IMG/VR virus record: IMGVR_UViG_3300026097_000009
Location: 90,862 to 154,861 of that record
DNA from: a virus
Length of the DNA: 64,000 nt
Strand: one strand, 5' to 3'
A program made the translations under genes and the position numbers. Positions 29,368 to 39,785 of the stretch are shown here, one piece after another (position 1 is the first letter of the stretch; every line of letters begins with the position of its first letter). Below the pieces are notes generated by a model. It had not been told where the DNA came from. It ran no database searches and saw only the letters and a program-made list of their open reading frames with translations.

Positions 29368-31167
29368 ATGGCATATATTATAAACAAATATAATGGAGAA
29401 ATTTTAGTTTCATTACAAGATGGAACTTTAGACAATAGCACAAGTTTAGGGTTGCTCGGCAGAAACTATACAGGCTATGGAGAAACCCAGAACGAAAACT
29501 TCCTGTTTCTCTTAGAAAATTTTGCAAACGACACTGCTCCTCTGCGTCCGTTAGCTGGCCAGTTGTGGTATGATACAACAAATGATGTTTTAAAAGTATA
29601 CGACGAAGCATGGTCTGTTGTAGGCTCGGCAATTGTTGGCACTGAACTTCCAGATACCGCAGTTAACGGAAGTTTGTTTTTAAAAAACAACGAGGAAAAA
29701 CAGTTTTATGTTTATGCCGATAATGACTGGCAACTTATTGGGCCGAGTTTTGTTGAAGGGTTTGGTGTAACAAGAGATGTAGGGTTATCTATTGTAGATA
29801 CTCAGGGTGTTTCACACCCTGCTATATTAAGAATTGTCGATAATATTGTTATTAGTATAACATCTAGCGATGATTTTTCTTTTAGATATGCAGATCAAGA
29901 CAGTATTTCTGTAACAGGAAATCAAAATTTGGTTAGATCTATATCTCAAGGAATTAATGTTGTTGAATCTAATTATCCGTTTGTAGGCAATCTTCAAGGA
30001 ACGGCGCAGTTTGCTGACCAATTAAAAACTCCCAGAAGTATCAATGGTGTTCAATTCGATGGAACACAGGATATAACGATCTCCTCGGCAACAACTAATT
30101 CACTCATTGCTGGAGATTATATATCAGGAAACAGCTTTGACGGATCGAGCGATGCTACATGGAGCGTTTTTGCTACACCTAACAATACTGTAGGTGCTAT
30201 TGTAGCGAGAGATAATTCAGGGAACTTCACTGCCAACGAAATCACTGCCGATCTTGTAGGGGATGTTACAGGAAATATTACTGCATCGTCTGGAACAAGC
30301 ACGTTCAACCGCTTAGAAGCTAACGAAATTGTAGGATTGACTTTTTCAGGAAACTCTTTTACTGCACAAAAACTTCAAACAGCTAGAAAAATAAATGGTG
30401 TAGATTTTGATGGCACAACAGATATTACTGTTCCTGCAAGTGCTAATACATTAACAGGAAATACACTTGCTTCTGGAGTAACAGAAAGTAATTTACAAAC
30501 ATTAGGAACAATCTCCAGCTTAGATATCGGTACAACTGGAATAAATGTTAACAATTTAATGACAATATCTGCCAATGATACACCTACAGTTTCGGCAGAT
30601 TCAGAAATTGATCTAACAATAGGTATTAATTCTCCTCTTAAATTAGTCGATGGAGATAAAGCATCGATTCTAGGCGGAGATGACGTTTTAACTTTATATT
30701 CTCAGTCTATAAATATTGGAATTCCTTCGGTTCCTATTAAAAAAATATACGCTAATGAGTTAAATGGTGTTGCCTCAAGCGCACAGTATGCCGATTTAGC
30801 AGAAAACTATGAATCGGATTTAGAATATCAACCAGGGACTGTTGTTATTTTCGGAGGATCGCATCAAATAACACACAGTGTTAAATCGAATGACCATAGG
30901 GTAGCTGGAGTTGTATCCGAAAACCCTGCATACTTAATGAATCGCGATGCTGTTGGAACACATGTTCTTCCGATAGCACTACAAGGTTTAGTTTCTTGTA
31001 AAGTTGTAGGCCGTGCGAAAAAAGGTGATTTATTGGTAACAAGTCATTTACAAGGAATAGCAACAGTAAATAATACTCCGTTGCCCGGAACCATTATAGG
31101 GAAGGCAATCGAAGATAAAAGTAACGACGGTGTAGATACAGTTATGATCGTTGTGGGCAAACACTAA
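29368..31167 (+). CDS. Tail fibre protein (paralog 3) with C-terminal auto-cleaving chaperone-like domain
   Basis: Same N-terminal domain; repeated fibre motif; SAQYADLAENY...GVVSENPAYLMN...IALQGLV. Confidence 0.8.
   Translation: MAYIINKYNGEILVSLQDGTLDNSTSLGLLGRNYTGYGETQNENFLFLLENFANDTAPLRPLAGQLWYDTTNDVLKVYDEAWSVVGSAIVGTELPDTAVNGSLFLKNNEEKQFYVYADNDWQLIGPSFVEGFGVTRDVGLSIVDTQGVSHPAILRIVDNIVISITSSDDFSFRYADQDSISVTGNQNLVRSISQGINVVESNYPFVGNLQGTAQFADQLKTPRSINGVQFDGTQDITISSATTNSLIAGDYISGNSFDGSSDATWSVFATPNNTVGAIVARDNSGNFTANEITADLVGDVTGNITASSGTSTFNRLEANEIVGLTFSGNSFTAQKLQTARKINGVDFDGTTDITVPASANTLTGNTLASGVTESNLQTLGTISSLDIGTTGINVNNLMTISANDTPTVSADSEIDLTIGINSPLKLVDGDKASILGGDDVLTLYSQSINIGIPSVPIKKIYANELNGVASSAQYADLAENYESDLEYQPGTVVIFGGSHQITHSVKSNDHRVAGVVSENPAYLMNRDAVGTHVLPIALQGLVSCKVVGRAKKGDLLVTSHLQGIATVNNTPLPGTIIGKAIEDKSNDGVDTVMIVVGKH
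30022..30432 (+). repeat. Duplicated tail-fibre motif
   Basis: LKTPRSINGVQFDGTQDITI (30022-30081) and LQTARKINGVDFDGTTDITV (30373-30432). Confidence 0.8.
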
Positions 31168-31194
31168 TAAATACATAGTTAATGGAGCACTTAA

Positions 31195-32946
31195 ATGGCA
31201 TATAGAGTTGATAAATTTAACGGTACGTTTTTAACATCAGTAGATGACGGAACGATCGATACTACTACCGACATAAGATTTGTTGGTAAGAACTATGCAG
31301 GCTACGGCGAAGTTCAAAACGAAAACTTTCTTCATCTTTTAGAAAATTTTGCCAATACTTCTGCTCCGCCTAAAGCTATTACAGGTCAGCTGTGGTACGA
31401 TACGACAAATAAGCAGTTAAAGTTTTATGATGGTACACAGTTTAGAGCAGGATCAGGAACAGAAGTAAGTGATACTGCTCCTTCCGGATTAGCAACTGGC
31501 GATCTTTGGTTTGATTCTAGTGCAGATCAACTGTATGTTTGGACAGGAACAGAATTTGTATTGGTTGGCCCTGAGTCGACCCCGGAATTAGGTAATACTA
31601 CATTCCTTGGACAGGTTGTTAAAGATGACCAAGGCTCTAACCGAACATTAGGTAGATTGATTATTGGAGATCAAACGGTTGCTGTAGTAAGTAAAGATTC
31701 ATTTACTTTAGATAGTTCATTGAATCCGATTGCTGGTTTTACTTATATACAGCAAGGTATAACATTAATTAACAGTGCTTCAGGCGACACTACTTCTTCG
31801 CACAAATTTTACGGAACCGCAAGTAACGCAGAGTCATTAAACGGATTCACAGAGGATTCTTTTGTTAAAACCGGCAACGAATCGTTCGCTACTGTGGTTA
31901 CTTTTTCAGACAGCGGGTTTACTGTAGGTGGAGTAGAAAAAGATTTATTAATTTTTATTGATGGCGGCGACGATGCTACTATTCGAAATCAGCTAGGTAA
32001 ATCTATTTTCATGCAGGTAAAAGTCGGAGATCAAGATATTCGTACACCTGCAAAATTTACTTCTACATCTATGGAGCCTGGTACTAACAATTTTTATGAT
32101 CTAGGCGCAGTGAGCAATGTTTGGAAAACTGTCTATGCAAATTCTATAGTAGGTGATCTTACAGGAAACGTAACTGGAAATACTACTGGCATACATAAAG
32201 GTAATATCAGAGCAAATGATAATTCTGTAATGCTAGACGCAGATACTAAAACGTTTAGCGGAAGTTTCGCCGGAACACTAACAGGGACAGTAATTGGAGA
32301 GTTAGTCGGAACTGCTAACAATTCAGTGACATTAGGTGGCTTAAGCGCCGACGCCAGCGCAACAGCAAACACAGTAGCTATCCGAGATAACGATGGTAAC
32401 ATTACTGCTAATCAATTCGAAGGAGTATCAGATAAAACTGATAGGGTAAGAATAAATGATTCAGCAAATGACTCTGATCCGAATTATAGAAGTGCAAAAA
32501 CCACTGCTTCTGCTTTAACAATTGCCGCAAGAAATTCCTCAGGAGATCTATTCGCAAATATTTTTAGAGGAACAGCAACCAGTGCTAGATTTGCAGATCT
32601 AGCAGAAATTTATTCTACTGAAACTGAATTAAAAACTGGAACTATTGTAGCAGTTAGCGCAGATGAAGATTATGAAGTATGCGAAGCAATGCATACTGAT
32701 GTTCCGATAGGAGTTATTTCTGCAAATCCTGCTTATCTAATGAACAGTGAAGCAGAAGGACAAGCTGTTGCTCTAAAAGGAAGAGTACCGGTAAGGATTA
32801 AAGGATCCGTCAGAAAAGGAGATAAAGTCTTTCTTGATGGCAATGGAATAGGTTCTTGCTTAAATACAGGCGACTTAATAGGTATTGCATTAGAATCTAA
32901 TGATAATTCGGATGAAAAGCTTGTTGAATGTGTTTTGAAGGTATAA
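31195..32946 (+). CDS. Tail fibre protein (paralog 4) with C-terminal auto-cleaving chaperone-like domain
   Basis: Same N-terminal domain; SARFADLAEIY...GVISANPAYLMN...VALKGRVPV. TAAATA at 31168-31173 and a GGAG SD lie upstream. Confidence 0.8.
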   Translation: MAYRVDKFNGTFLTSVDDGTIDTTTDIRFVGKNYAGYGEVQNENFLHLLENFANTSAPPKAITGQLWYDTTNKQLKFYDGTQFRAGSGTEVSDTAPSGLATGDLWFDSSADQLYVWTGTEFVLVGPESTPELGNTTFLGQVVKDDQGSNRTLGRLIIGDQTVAVVSKDSFTLDSSLNPIAGFTYIQQGITLINSASGDTTSSHKFYGTASNAESLNGFTEDSFVKTGNESFATVVTFSDSGFTVGGVEKDLLIFIDGGDDATIRNQLGKSIFMQVKVGDQDIRTPAKFTSTSMEPGTNNFYDLGAVSNVWKTVYANSIVGDLTGNVTGNTTGIHKGNIRANDNSVMLDADTKTFSGSFAGTLTGTVIGELVGTANNSVTLGGLSADASATANTVAIRDNDGNITANQFEGVSDKTDRVRINDSANDSDPNYRSAKTTASALTIAARNSSGDLFANIFRGTATSARFADLAEIYSTETELKTGTIVAVSADEDYEVCEAMHTDVPIGVISANPAYLMNSEAEGQAVALKGRVPVRIKGSVRKGDKVFLDGNGIGSCLNTGDLIGIALESNDNSDEKLVECVLKV

Positions 32947-32949
32947 ATT

Positions 32950-33903
32950 ATGGCAATAGGTGATAGAATAACCGCCGCAGAATATAATAGAATTAGAAAT
33001 AAAGCGGCAAAAATACTCGGTGAAGGAACTGGTAACTTTGGATGGGGACAAACTGTTCAGAGTTCCACAGTATCAGCGGGTGAACTAATTACAGAAGAGC
33101 AGTTTGACAATTTAAGATTTGATATATTTAATATTCTTAAACATATCGATGGAGTAGATCCTGTTATTACTAATATTTCAGACGGAGATATTATTGCATT
33201 CGGAGCTACCGAACCGGTAGAGCAATATGAAACTCTTGTTGATACTGCAACGTTGAATAGATTTAACTTAGGTACAGGAAATTTTGATACAATTGTTAAT
33301 CAAACAGGAGCCGCTGTAGATTTTGATCCGTCCCCTTGGTCTAACGCTATAGTTTCGGCTACTACTGTTGGTTTTACATCTGCAACAGAAGCTAGATATT
33401 TTTGGAACTCTGGAGGAAAGTTACGTTTCGATCCCGAAAGACCCAAGCAAGTGGGCGATTCAGACCAAGAAGACCAGTGGTCAGAGTTTCTTGACGGGTT
33501 AGGATTTGTAGTGTTTGATGAAGAAAATTCGGATACAAGGGTAACACTAGGACCTTACGATCTAACAAACACTTATCAAACAGTTTTTCAAGAATTTAAT
33601 ACCAGTACATATGCGGCCAACAGTTGGAAAATTGAAGCAAGGGTAAACACCCCTACAAATGCAAACGGAGAAGCAGACACTTTCTTCTTCCAATACACGT
33701 GGTCAGATGCTTATACAGATCCCGACTTAATAGACGGAAGACCGGATACTTATGTGCTCCCAGCAGATGAAGTCGGAGGAACTTTTTCGATTCAAGTAGA
33801 CGAAATACTACCGTCCGGAACATTACAACCTGCTCCTGCAACAGGAGATTTTTTAATACTCGGACCGAATTCCTATTCTACAACCACAATAGTCGGAACG
33901 TAA
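32950..33903 (+). CDS. Putative virion structural protein
   Basis: Acidic, Thr/Gly-rich (ARYFWNSGG); ends the fibre cluster. Confidence 0.55.
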   Translation: MAIGDRITAAEYNRIRNKAAKILGEGTGNFGWGQTVQSSTVSAGELITEEQFDNLRFDIFNILKHIDGVDPVITNISDGDIIAFGATEPVEQYETLVDTATLNRFNLGTGNFDTIVNQTGAAVDFDPSPWSNAIVSATTVGFTSATEARYFWNSGGKLRFDPERPKQVGDSDQEDQWSEFLDGLGFVVFDEENSDTRVTLGPYDLTNTYQTVFQEFNTSTYAANSWKIEARVNTPTNANGEADTFFFQYTWSDAYTDPDLIDGRPDTYVLPADEVGGTFSIQVDEILPSGTLQPAPATGDFLILGPNSYSTTTIVGT

Positions 33904-33912
33904 CTTAAACAG

Positions 33913-33941
33913 TTGACTCACCCATAAATATGTGCTAATAT
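33913..33941 (+). promoter_or_regulatory. Sigma70-type promoter with a nested TAAATA late-promoter-like motif
   Basis: TTGACT-N17-TAATAT with an extended TGn; TAAATA at 33925-33930 lies in the spacer. Confidence 0.55.
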
Positions 33942-33961
33942 AATACAAAAGGTACATATTT

Positions 33962-34312
33962 ATGGATCCACGCTTTGAAAAAGCTCTTGATTTTGCAAAC
34001 TATCAAAAAACTCTAACAGTTCAAAAAGAAACACTAAAAGAAAAAACCATTAAAAAGATGCTAATCGGCTATAACGGTGGACTATTTTCTGTTGATCGTA
34101 ATTTAATGTGTTTTGTTAAAATGTTAGTTGACTCAGACAGAATCAAAGATATTCCACTTCTAGATTTAAATGATAATCCAATATTAATTGAAGATTTAAT
34201 CGATTTTTGGGAAACAATTTTAGATAATTATCTTCAAAATATGAACGATTATTATAAAGGGTACGAAGATTTAAAAAAACAAAGATCGGTAGCAAAAATT
34301 ATCGAATCATGA
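33962..34312 (+). CDS. Hypothetical protein, first gene of the glycosyltransferase-like cassette
   Basis: 116-aa ORF with an ATGA overlap to the next gene. Confidence 0.75.
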   Translation: MDPRFEKALDFANYQKTLTVQKETLKEKTIKKMLIGYNGGLFSVDRNLMCFVKMLVDSDRIKDIPLLDLNDNPILIEDLIDFWETILDNYLQNMNDYYKGYEDLKKQRSVAKIIES

Positions 34313-35154
34313 AGCAAGGAATACTTTTATACGCACATAATAGTCGAGAGGTTGACTATGTAAAAATTGCTACATTAGCTGGTAGTCTTGCATCAAAAAA
34401 TCTTCAAAAAAATGTTTCAATTATAACAGACTCCGCCAGTTTAGAATACGCTAAGACGCAAAGTTACTACAATACTTTTGAAAATGTTTTTGAACATGTA
34501 GTTTTGACCGATATCGAATATGATAAAAACTTCAGAAATTTAGCTGATGGCCCTGATTCTAAAAAAGTTCCTTTTATAAATCATAATAGACCAAATGTTT
34601 ATGATTTAACACCTTACGATCAGACTTTATTAATTGATGCTGATTTTTTAATTTTTACAGATCAGTTAAACAAATATTTTGATATCGGTTCCGAATTAAT
34701 TTTATGTGATAGTGTGTACGATATTGGTAATAGACTAAAATACGAAGATAACTACATTTCGCAGACTGGTCCTAAAATGTATTGGGCTACCTGCATACTC
34801 TTTAGTAAAACCGAATACACTAAAACATTTTTTGAATTGTCTAAATACATTCAAGAAAATTATAGCCATTTTGCGAATATTTACAACTATAATCCTAACA
34901 TGTATAGAAATGACGTTTGTATAAGCATTGCTAAACATATATTAGACGATTTTCAAAATAACGATAGCGGCTGTTTTGATAATTTATTTTTAACTATTGA
35001 CAAAGATGTATTATTAAAAAAAGAACAAGACAACTTGGTTTTTATTTTAAGTTACCCTACAGACAATTACGTTGCTTGCACACTTAACGAAGTGGATATA
35101 CACATAATGAACAAACAGAGTATTTTGAGGAATTTTGATAATTTAATACAATGA
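34309..35154 (+). CDS. Putative GT-A fold glycosyltransferase
   Basis: YDLTPYDQTLLIDADFL (DxD), RND and HIMNK motifs. Confidence 0.6.
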   Translation: MKQGILLYAHNSREVDYVKIATLAGSLASKNLQKNVSIITDSASLEYAKTQSYYNTFENVFEHVVLTDIEYDKNFRNLADGPDSKKVPFINHNRPNVYDLTPYDQTLLIDADFLIFTDQLNKYFDIGSELILCDSVYDIGNRLKYEDNYISQTGPKMYWATCILFSKTEYTKTFFELSKYIQENYSHFANIYNYNPNMYRNDVCISIAKHILDDFQNNDSGCFDNLFLTIDKDVLLKKEQDNLVFILSYPTDNYVACTLNEVDIHIMNKQSILRNFDNLIQ

Positions 35155-35987
35155 ATTTTGGATATTTAATTTTTGTAAAAACATCAGATAATGCTGATTA
35201 TATTAAATTGGCCTATACTCTAGCTATGAGCATAAAACTGACACAGCCGGAAGGGTACAACGCTGTAGCTCTGGCTATTGACGATTTATCTGAATTAAAA
35301 AATGTAAAATCTCCTTGGGTCTTTGACGAAGTATATGAAGTTTCGTTGTTTAGTGGATGGGATAACAGGTCTTTAATGTATGATATTAGCCCTTGGGAGT
35401 ATACAGTTTGCTTAGACGCAGATATGCTGTTTACTCGAGATATCAGCCATATAATAAAATATTATGCTTCTTTATACGATATCGGACTTCCTGGACAGGT
35501 TTACAATTATAAGGGAGTTGTTGCCGATGACTCGTATTTTAGAAAAGCACAAAAACAAAATAATTTTCCGTCAGTATATACACTATTTTCTTTTTTTAAA
35601 AAATGCCAAGATAATGAAAATTTTTTCGATTTGGTAAAAAATATTACAGAAAATCAAGAACCATATAAAAACTTATTTTTAGAAAAATTTAAGCCTCAGG
35701 TATTAGGAACAGACGAAATTTTTGGATTAGCTTCGTACTTGTTGGATTATTCAATAATTTTTAAAGATGATTATATAAAAGTTTTACATATGAAAGGACA
35801 GATACAAGGCTGGCCCGGAAGTGAATCTAGAGTTTCGAACAGGGTGGGATTTTATATTGATGTCGATACCGAGATAAAAATAGGGACATATAAACAAAAT
35901 AGTATTGTGCATTATGTTGAAAAAGATTTAATTACGGACGAAATTGTCAGTCTTTATGAAAATAAAATGTGGGAATTAGATGTTTGA
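35151..35987 (+). CDS. Putative GT-A fold glycosyltransferase (paralog of the preceding gene)
   Basis: YDISPWEYTVCLDADML (DxD), GTDE, LHMKG and HYVEK motifs. Confidence 0.65.
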   Translation: MNFGYLIFVKTSDNADYIKLAYTLAMSIKLTQPEGYNAVALAIDDLSELKNVKSPWVFDEVYEVSLFSGWDNRSLMYDISPWEYTVCLDADMLFTRDISHIIKYYASLYDIGLPGQVYNYKGVVADDSYFRKAQKQNNFPSVYTLFSFFKKCQDNENFFDLVKNITENQEPYKNLFLEKFKPQVLGTDEIFGLASYLLDYSIIFKDDYIKVLHMKGQIQGWPGSESRVSNRVGFYIDVDTEIKIGTYKQNSIVHYVEKDLITDEIVSLYENKMWELDV

Positions 35988-36525
35988 AAATTTATCGATC
36001 GATGCATCGAACAAATCGTTTTGTGTAGGGTATGATCCTGCTAATGGAAAAATATTAGGAATATTCCGAGAGAATAGCAGAAATAAAACCGATTTTGTAA
36101 TCAGTATTGATGACGAAATTGCAGATAGATTTAATTGTGGAGAATTTAATCCTTCGAAGTTTGTAGTTGATATTAAATCTAAAAAACTTAGAAGTTTAGA
36201 AAATAAAATTCAGGATTATAACGATGTATTATTGCGTGTTCCGCTCTTAGAATATATTGAAAATCCTGAATGTGTAGTTACATTCGATTCTGCAGAGAAT
36301 ACATTGGAGTTTAATTTAAATACCCAGTTCGAGTATCCGGATCATGTAACCACAGTTTTTTACCTTACTAAGTACAACGATCCTACAATTTTTTATGAAA
36401 TTGTTGAATTGTCCGTAAAACAAATTAGAAGAAATAGCAAAATTAAAATTAAATCTAGTTTTGATAATCAAATTAGTTTTTTTACAAAAAAACTTTTTCA
36501 CAGTTATGGTTTAGAAATAAAATGA
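35980..36525 (+). CDS. Hypothetical protein
   Basis: 181-aa ORF overlapping both neighbours. Confidence 0.7.
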   Translation: MFENLSIDASNKSFCVGYDPANGKILGIFRENSRNKTDFVISIDDEIADRFNCGEFNPSKFVVDIKSKKLRSLENKIQDYNDVLLRVPLLEYIENPECVVTFDSAENTLEFNLNTQFEYPDHVTTVFYLTKYNDPTIFYEIVELSVKQIRRNSKIKIKSSFDNQISFFTKKLFHSYGLEIK

Positions 36526-37418
36526 AAGTATTAGAATTGGACATTATCTTTTTAAGTTATGACGAACCGAATGCAGATCTGCACTATGCAGATTTGTGTT
36601 CAAAGGTTCCATGGGCAAAACGTGTTCACGGTGTTAAAGGATCCGATGCCGCACACAAAGCCGCCGCACATCATAGCGAAACAGATTGGTTTATTACTGT
36701 AGATGCAGACAACATAGTAGATAGATCTTTTTTTGATCTTGATATAGATGTCGATAACCCTGCCATCCAAGTATATGGGTGGTGCGGCCGTAATGCAATC
36801 AATGGCCTTCGCTATGGCAACGGAGGTTTAAAAATCTGGAAAAAAGATTTTGTTTTGAATATGAAAACACACGAATCCGCTGAAGAAGATAGAGCCCAAG
36901 TTGATTTTTGCTGGGAAGATGGATATCAAAATTTTCCAAAAACTTATAGCGAAAGCATTGTTAACGGTAGCCCATTTCAAGCCTGGAGAGCAGGATTCCG
37001 CGAAGGCGTTAAAATGACACTACTTGATGGAATTAAAATAGATAAAAATGAAGTGACCAAAAGGATTTGGTGGCACAACATACATAGATTGAAAATATGG
37101 AGCACCGTCGGTAGTCATGTAGAAAATGGAAAATATGCTATTTTAGGAGCTCGACAAGGTACCTATATGACTAACTGTACAGACTGGGATTATGTTCAAG
37201 TTCGTGATTTTGATTATTTGACATCTCTTTATGCAGAAGTTGTAGATCCGTTGCATGACAATATAGATCGAGAAATTGAGTTGTTAGGCGAAAAACTACA
37301 CATGCAAATGGGATTAAATTGGCCGTATTTTTCTGCAAACGAAAGTGAATACGTTGTTGATTTATACGAAGAATCGATAAATCTCGGTCTTACATATTTT
37401 AGTAATCATAATGTATGA
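36522..37418 (+). CDS. Putative GT-A-like glycosyltransferase
   Basis: FLSYDEPNA..RVHGVKGSDAAH..FITVDADNIV (DxD)..YGNGGLK..AWRAGFREGVK. Confidence 0.55.
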   Translation: MKVLELDIIFLSYDEPNADLHYADLCSKVPWAKRVHGVKGSDAAHKAAAHHSETDWFITVDADNIVDRSFFDLDIDVDNPAIQVYGWCGRNAINGLRYGNGGLKIWKKDFVLNMKTHESAEEDRAQVDFCWEDGYQNFPKTYSESIVNGSPFQAWRAGFREGVKMTLLDGIKIDKNEVTKRIWWHNIHRLKIWSTVGSHVENGKYAILGARQGTYMTNCTDWDYVQVRDFDYLTSLYAEVVDPLHDNIDREIELLGEKLHMQMGLNWPYFSANESEYVVDLYEESINLGLTYFSNHNV

Positions 37419-38448
37419 TATCTTATTTTTAAACAAAGATCCAGATAAATGGAAAGAGTTCAGCAATGAATACCCTAACGCTATATGGGTAACGTCTGTT
37501 AATGATTGGCAACAATTAAAAAAGATTGCTTTTACTAGAATGTTTTGGGTTGTTTGGAAAGATATTGATTTTTTATATAATTACAATCTTTACGAATATG
37601 CTCCAGATTTCGGACAAGACGAGTATGTTCACATCTTCAAAAATGGAAACTTTTTTGACGGAGCATGCTTGTTTGCAAAGTATCATTACCCTACAAATAA
37701 AGAAATTGAACATAGATTTTTCATAAACAAAGTAGAAGTAAATCGAACAATATCAAAACCTAGACCTTATGATATTGTTTTTATTTCATATCAAGAACCT
37801 AATGCGGAAGAAAATTATAAAAAAATAAAAACCAGATTTCCTAATATAAAACGTATACACGGAGTTAAAGGAATCCACCAAGCACATATCGAAGCCGCAG
37901 AAATTTGTGATACTGAAATGTTTTGGGTAGTAGACGGCGATGCAGTTATTGATGATAATTTTAATTTCGATCATCAGGTTGCAAGTTGGGACAAGGATGT
38001 AGTTCACGTTTGGAGAAGTTTAAATCCGATAAACGATTTAGTTTATGGATACGGGGGTGTGAAGTTATTACCAAGAAAACTTACACTGGCAATGGATACG
38101 ACTAAACCTGATATGACTACCAGTATATCAAGTAAATTTAAAGCAGTACCAGAAACATCAAACATAACTGCTTTTAATACCGACCCATTCAATACCTGGA
38201 AGTCGGCCTTTAGAGAATGTGTTAAATTATCAAGCAAAACAATACAAGGACAAGTAAATGAAGAAACAGAGCAGAGGTTACAAGCCTGGACAACACAAGG
38301 TCGAACTCGGCGATTCGGAGATTCCGCGATACGAGGAGCAATCGGCGGTCGTGATTTTGGTTTCCGTAATCGGAATAATCCTGTTGAGCTGGCTCGTATA
38401 AACGACTTTGATTGGCTCGAACAAGAATTTGCAAGGAATTATCAATGA
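37411..38448 (+). CDS. Putative GT-A-like glycosyltransferase (paralog of 36522-37418) with a degenerate duplicated N-terminal domain
   Basis: FISYQEPNA..RIHGVKGIHQAH..FWVVDGDAVI..YGYGGVK..TWKSAFRECVK; the N-terminal third repeats YDI.F and MFWVV without the DxD. Confidence 0.55.
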   Translation: MYDILFLNKDPDKWKEFSNEYPNAIWVTSVNDWQQLKKIAFTRMFWVVWKDIDFLYNYNLYEYAPDFGQDEYVHIFKNGNFFDGACLFAKYHYPTNKEIEHRFFINKVEVNRTISKPRPYDIVFISYQEPNAEENYKKIKTRFPNIKRIHGVKGIHQAHIEAAEICDTEMFWVVDGDAVIDDNFNFDHQVASWDKDVVHVWRSLNPINDLVYGYGGVKLLPRKLTLAMDTTKPDMTTSISSKFKAVPETSNITAFNTDPFNTWKSAFRECVKLSSKTIQGQVNEETEQRLQAWTTQGRTRRFGDSAIRGAIGGRDFGFRNRNNPVELARINDFDWLEQEFARNYQ

Positions 38449-39785
38449 AATCAATTAGACCATTAATAAAAGAATATTACCGTAAATACAAAAGATATAT
38501 TACTAAAGGAAATCTCTCAATGACCGAAGGAAATACACTTTGCGCTATACCTTGGACACACCTAAATTTTGAACCGAACGGAAAAGTAGTTCCTTGTTGC
38601 TTGACAAGTACACATAATTACTTTGCTGGAGATTTAAATACCGATTCAATTGAAGAACTCTGGAACAGCCAGAATATGAAAAATCTAAGAAAAGAAATGA
38701 TGTCCGGTATTGAACCTAAGATTTGTAAAAAATGTTTTGACGCAGAGAGAGTTACAGGAGAAAGCGGAAGATACTACAATAATAAAGCGTATCCTGAAGT
38801 GTTAAAGCAAATACCCGATATTACACTTGAGGACGGAACATGTACGACTATGGAGTTAAAATATTGGGACTTTAGATTTAGTAATTTATGTAATTTCAAG
38901 TGCCGTAGTTGCGGCCCGAGATACAGTAGTGCTTGGGTTCCCGACGCTAAAAAATTAGGGTATGCAGATCAAGAAAAGGTTTGGTCTATTGATTCTGTTG
39001 ATGATATGAGTAATTTTGATTTTTTAAATGATCAAGTACAGCATGTGAAGGTAATTTATTTTGCTGGTGGCGAACCTTTGTTAATGCCCGAGCATTGGCA
39101 AATATTAGAACTCCTTGTAAAAAATAATAGATTTGATGTTAAATTAAAGTATAATACTAATGCTTCTGTTTTAGAGTATAATAAACAAAATGTTTTAGAT
39201 TATTGGAAACAGTGGCAAGATTGGAAAATTGAGGTCTGGCCCAGTATTGATGAAATTGATGACCGTGCAGAATTAATTAGATCCGGAACAGTTTGGAAGA
39301 CAGTGGAAACAAATCTAATTGAAATGAACAAACTAGATAACGTTACAGTACGTCCAGGATTAACTATCGGTGCTTGGAATGTATTTCGCCTGCCGGAAAT
39401 AATTACGAGACTTGTAGACTTAGGTATTGTTCGAGAAAAACATAAATTTCAAAACTTTTTTATAAATTTAATTTTTGAACCAGATCATTATCATGTAGAT
39501 ATTCTACCTAACGATTACAAGAAAGAGATCTCAAAAAAATTATTAGATTTTATTGAAAGTTTTAATAAAAAACATAACACCAAAATAGATCATATCTTTA
39601 CACACATTCTACACGAACTAGATAAACCTTTTAATGTTCGCCTTGCGAAAAAGTTTCTAGATGTGACTAAACAAATTGACGGGATTAGAAATGAAGATCT
39701 ATTTAAAACAATACCGGAAATGGTAAAGGTAAGAGATGCTATTGAGCATAAAGAAAAGAATTTGATATCTTTAAGAAATATATAA
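38445..39785 (+). CDS. Radical SAM protein with N-terminal SPASM/twitch-like domain
   Basis: CAIPW..G...PCC..CKKC followed by CNFKCRSC, FAGGEPL and YNTN. Start is either the ATGA-coupled ATG at 38445 or the ATG at 38520. Confidence 0.85.
   Translation: MKSIRPLIKEYYRKYKRYITKGNLSMTEGNTLCAIPWTHLNFEPNGKVVPCCLTSTHNYFAGDLNTDSIEELWNSQNMKNLRKEMMSGIEPKICKKCFDAERVTGESGRYYNNKAYPEVLKQIPDITLEDGTCTTMELKYWDFRFSNLCNFKCRSCGPRYSSAWVPDAKKLGYADQEKVWSIDSVDDMSNFDFLNDQVQHVKVIYFAGGEPLLMPEHWQILELLVKNNRFDVKLKYNTNASVLEYNKQNVLDYWKQWQDWKIEVWPSIDEIDDRAELIRSGTVWKTVETNLIEMNKLDNVTVRPGLTIGAWNVFRLPEIITRLVDLGIVREKHKFQNFFINLIFEPDHYHVDILPNDYKKEISKKLLDFIESFNKKHNTKIDHIFTHILHELDKPFNVRLAKKFLDVTKQIDGIRNEDLFKTIPEMVKVRDAIEHKEKNLISLRNI

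Noticed and set aside
25447-32946. Diversity-generating retroelement or invertible fibre-switching cassette
   Set aside because: No reverse transcriptase or recombinase, and no near-identical nucleotide repeats were seen; similarity is at the protein level only.
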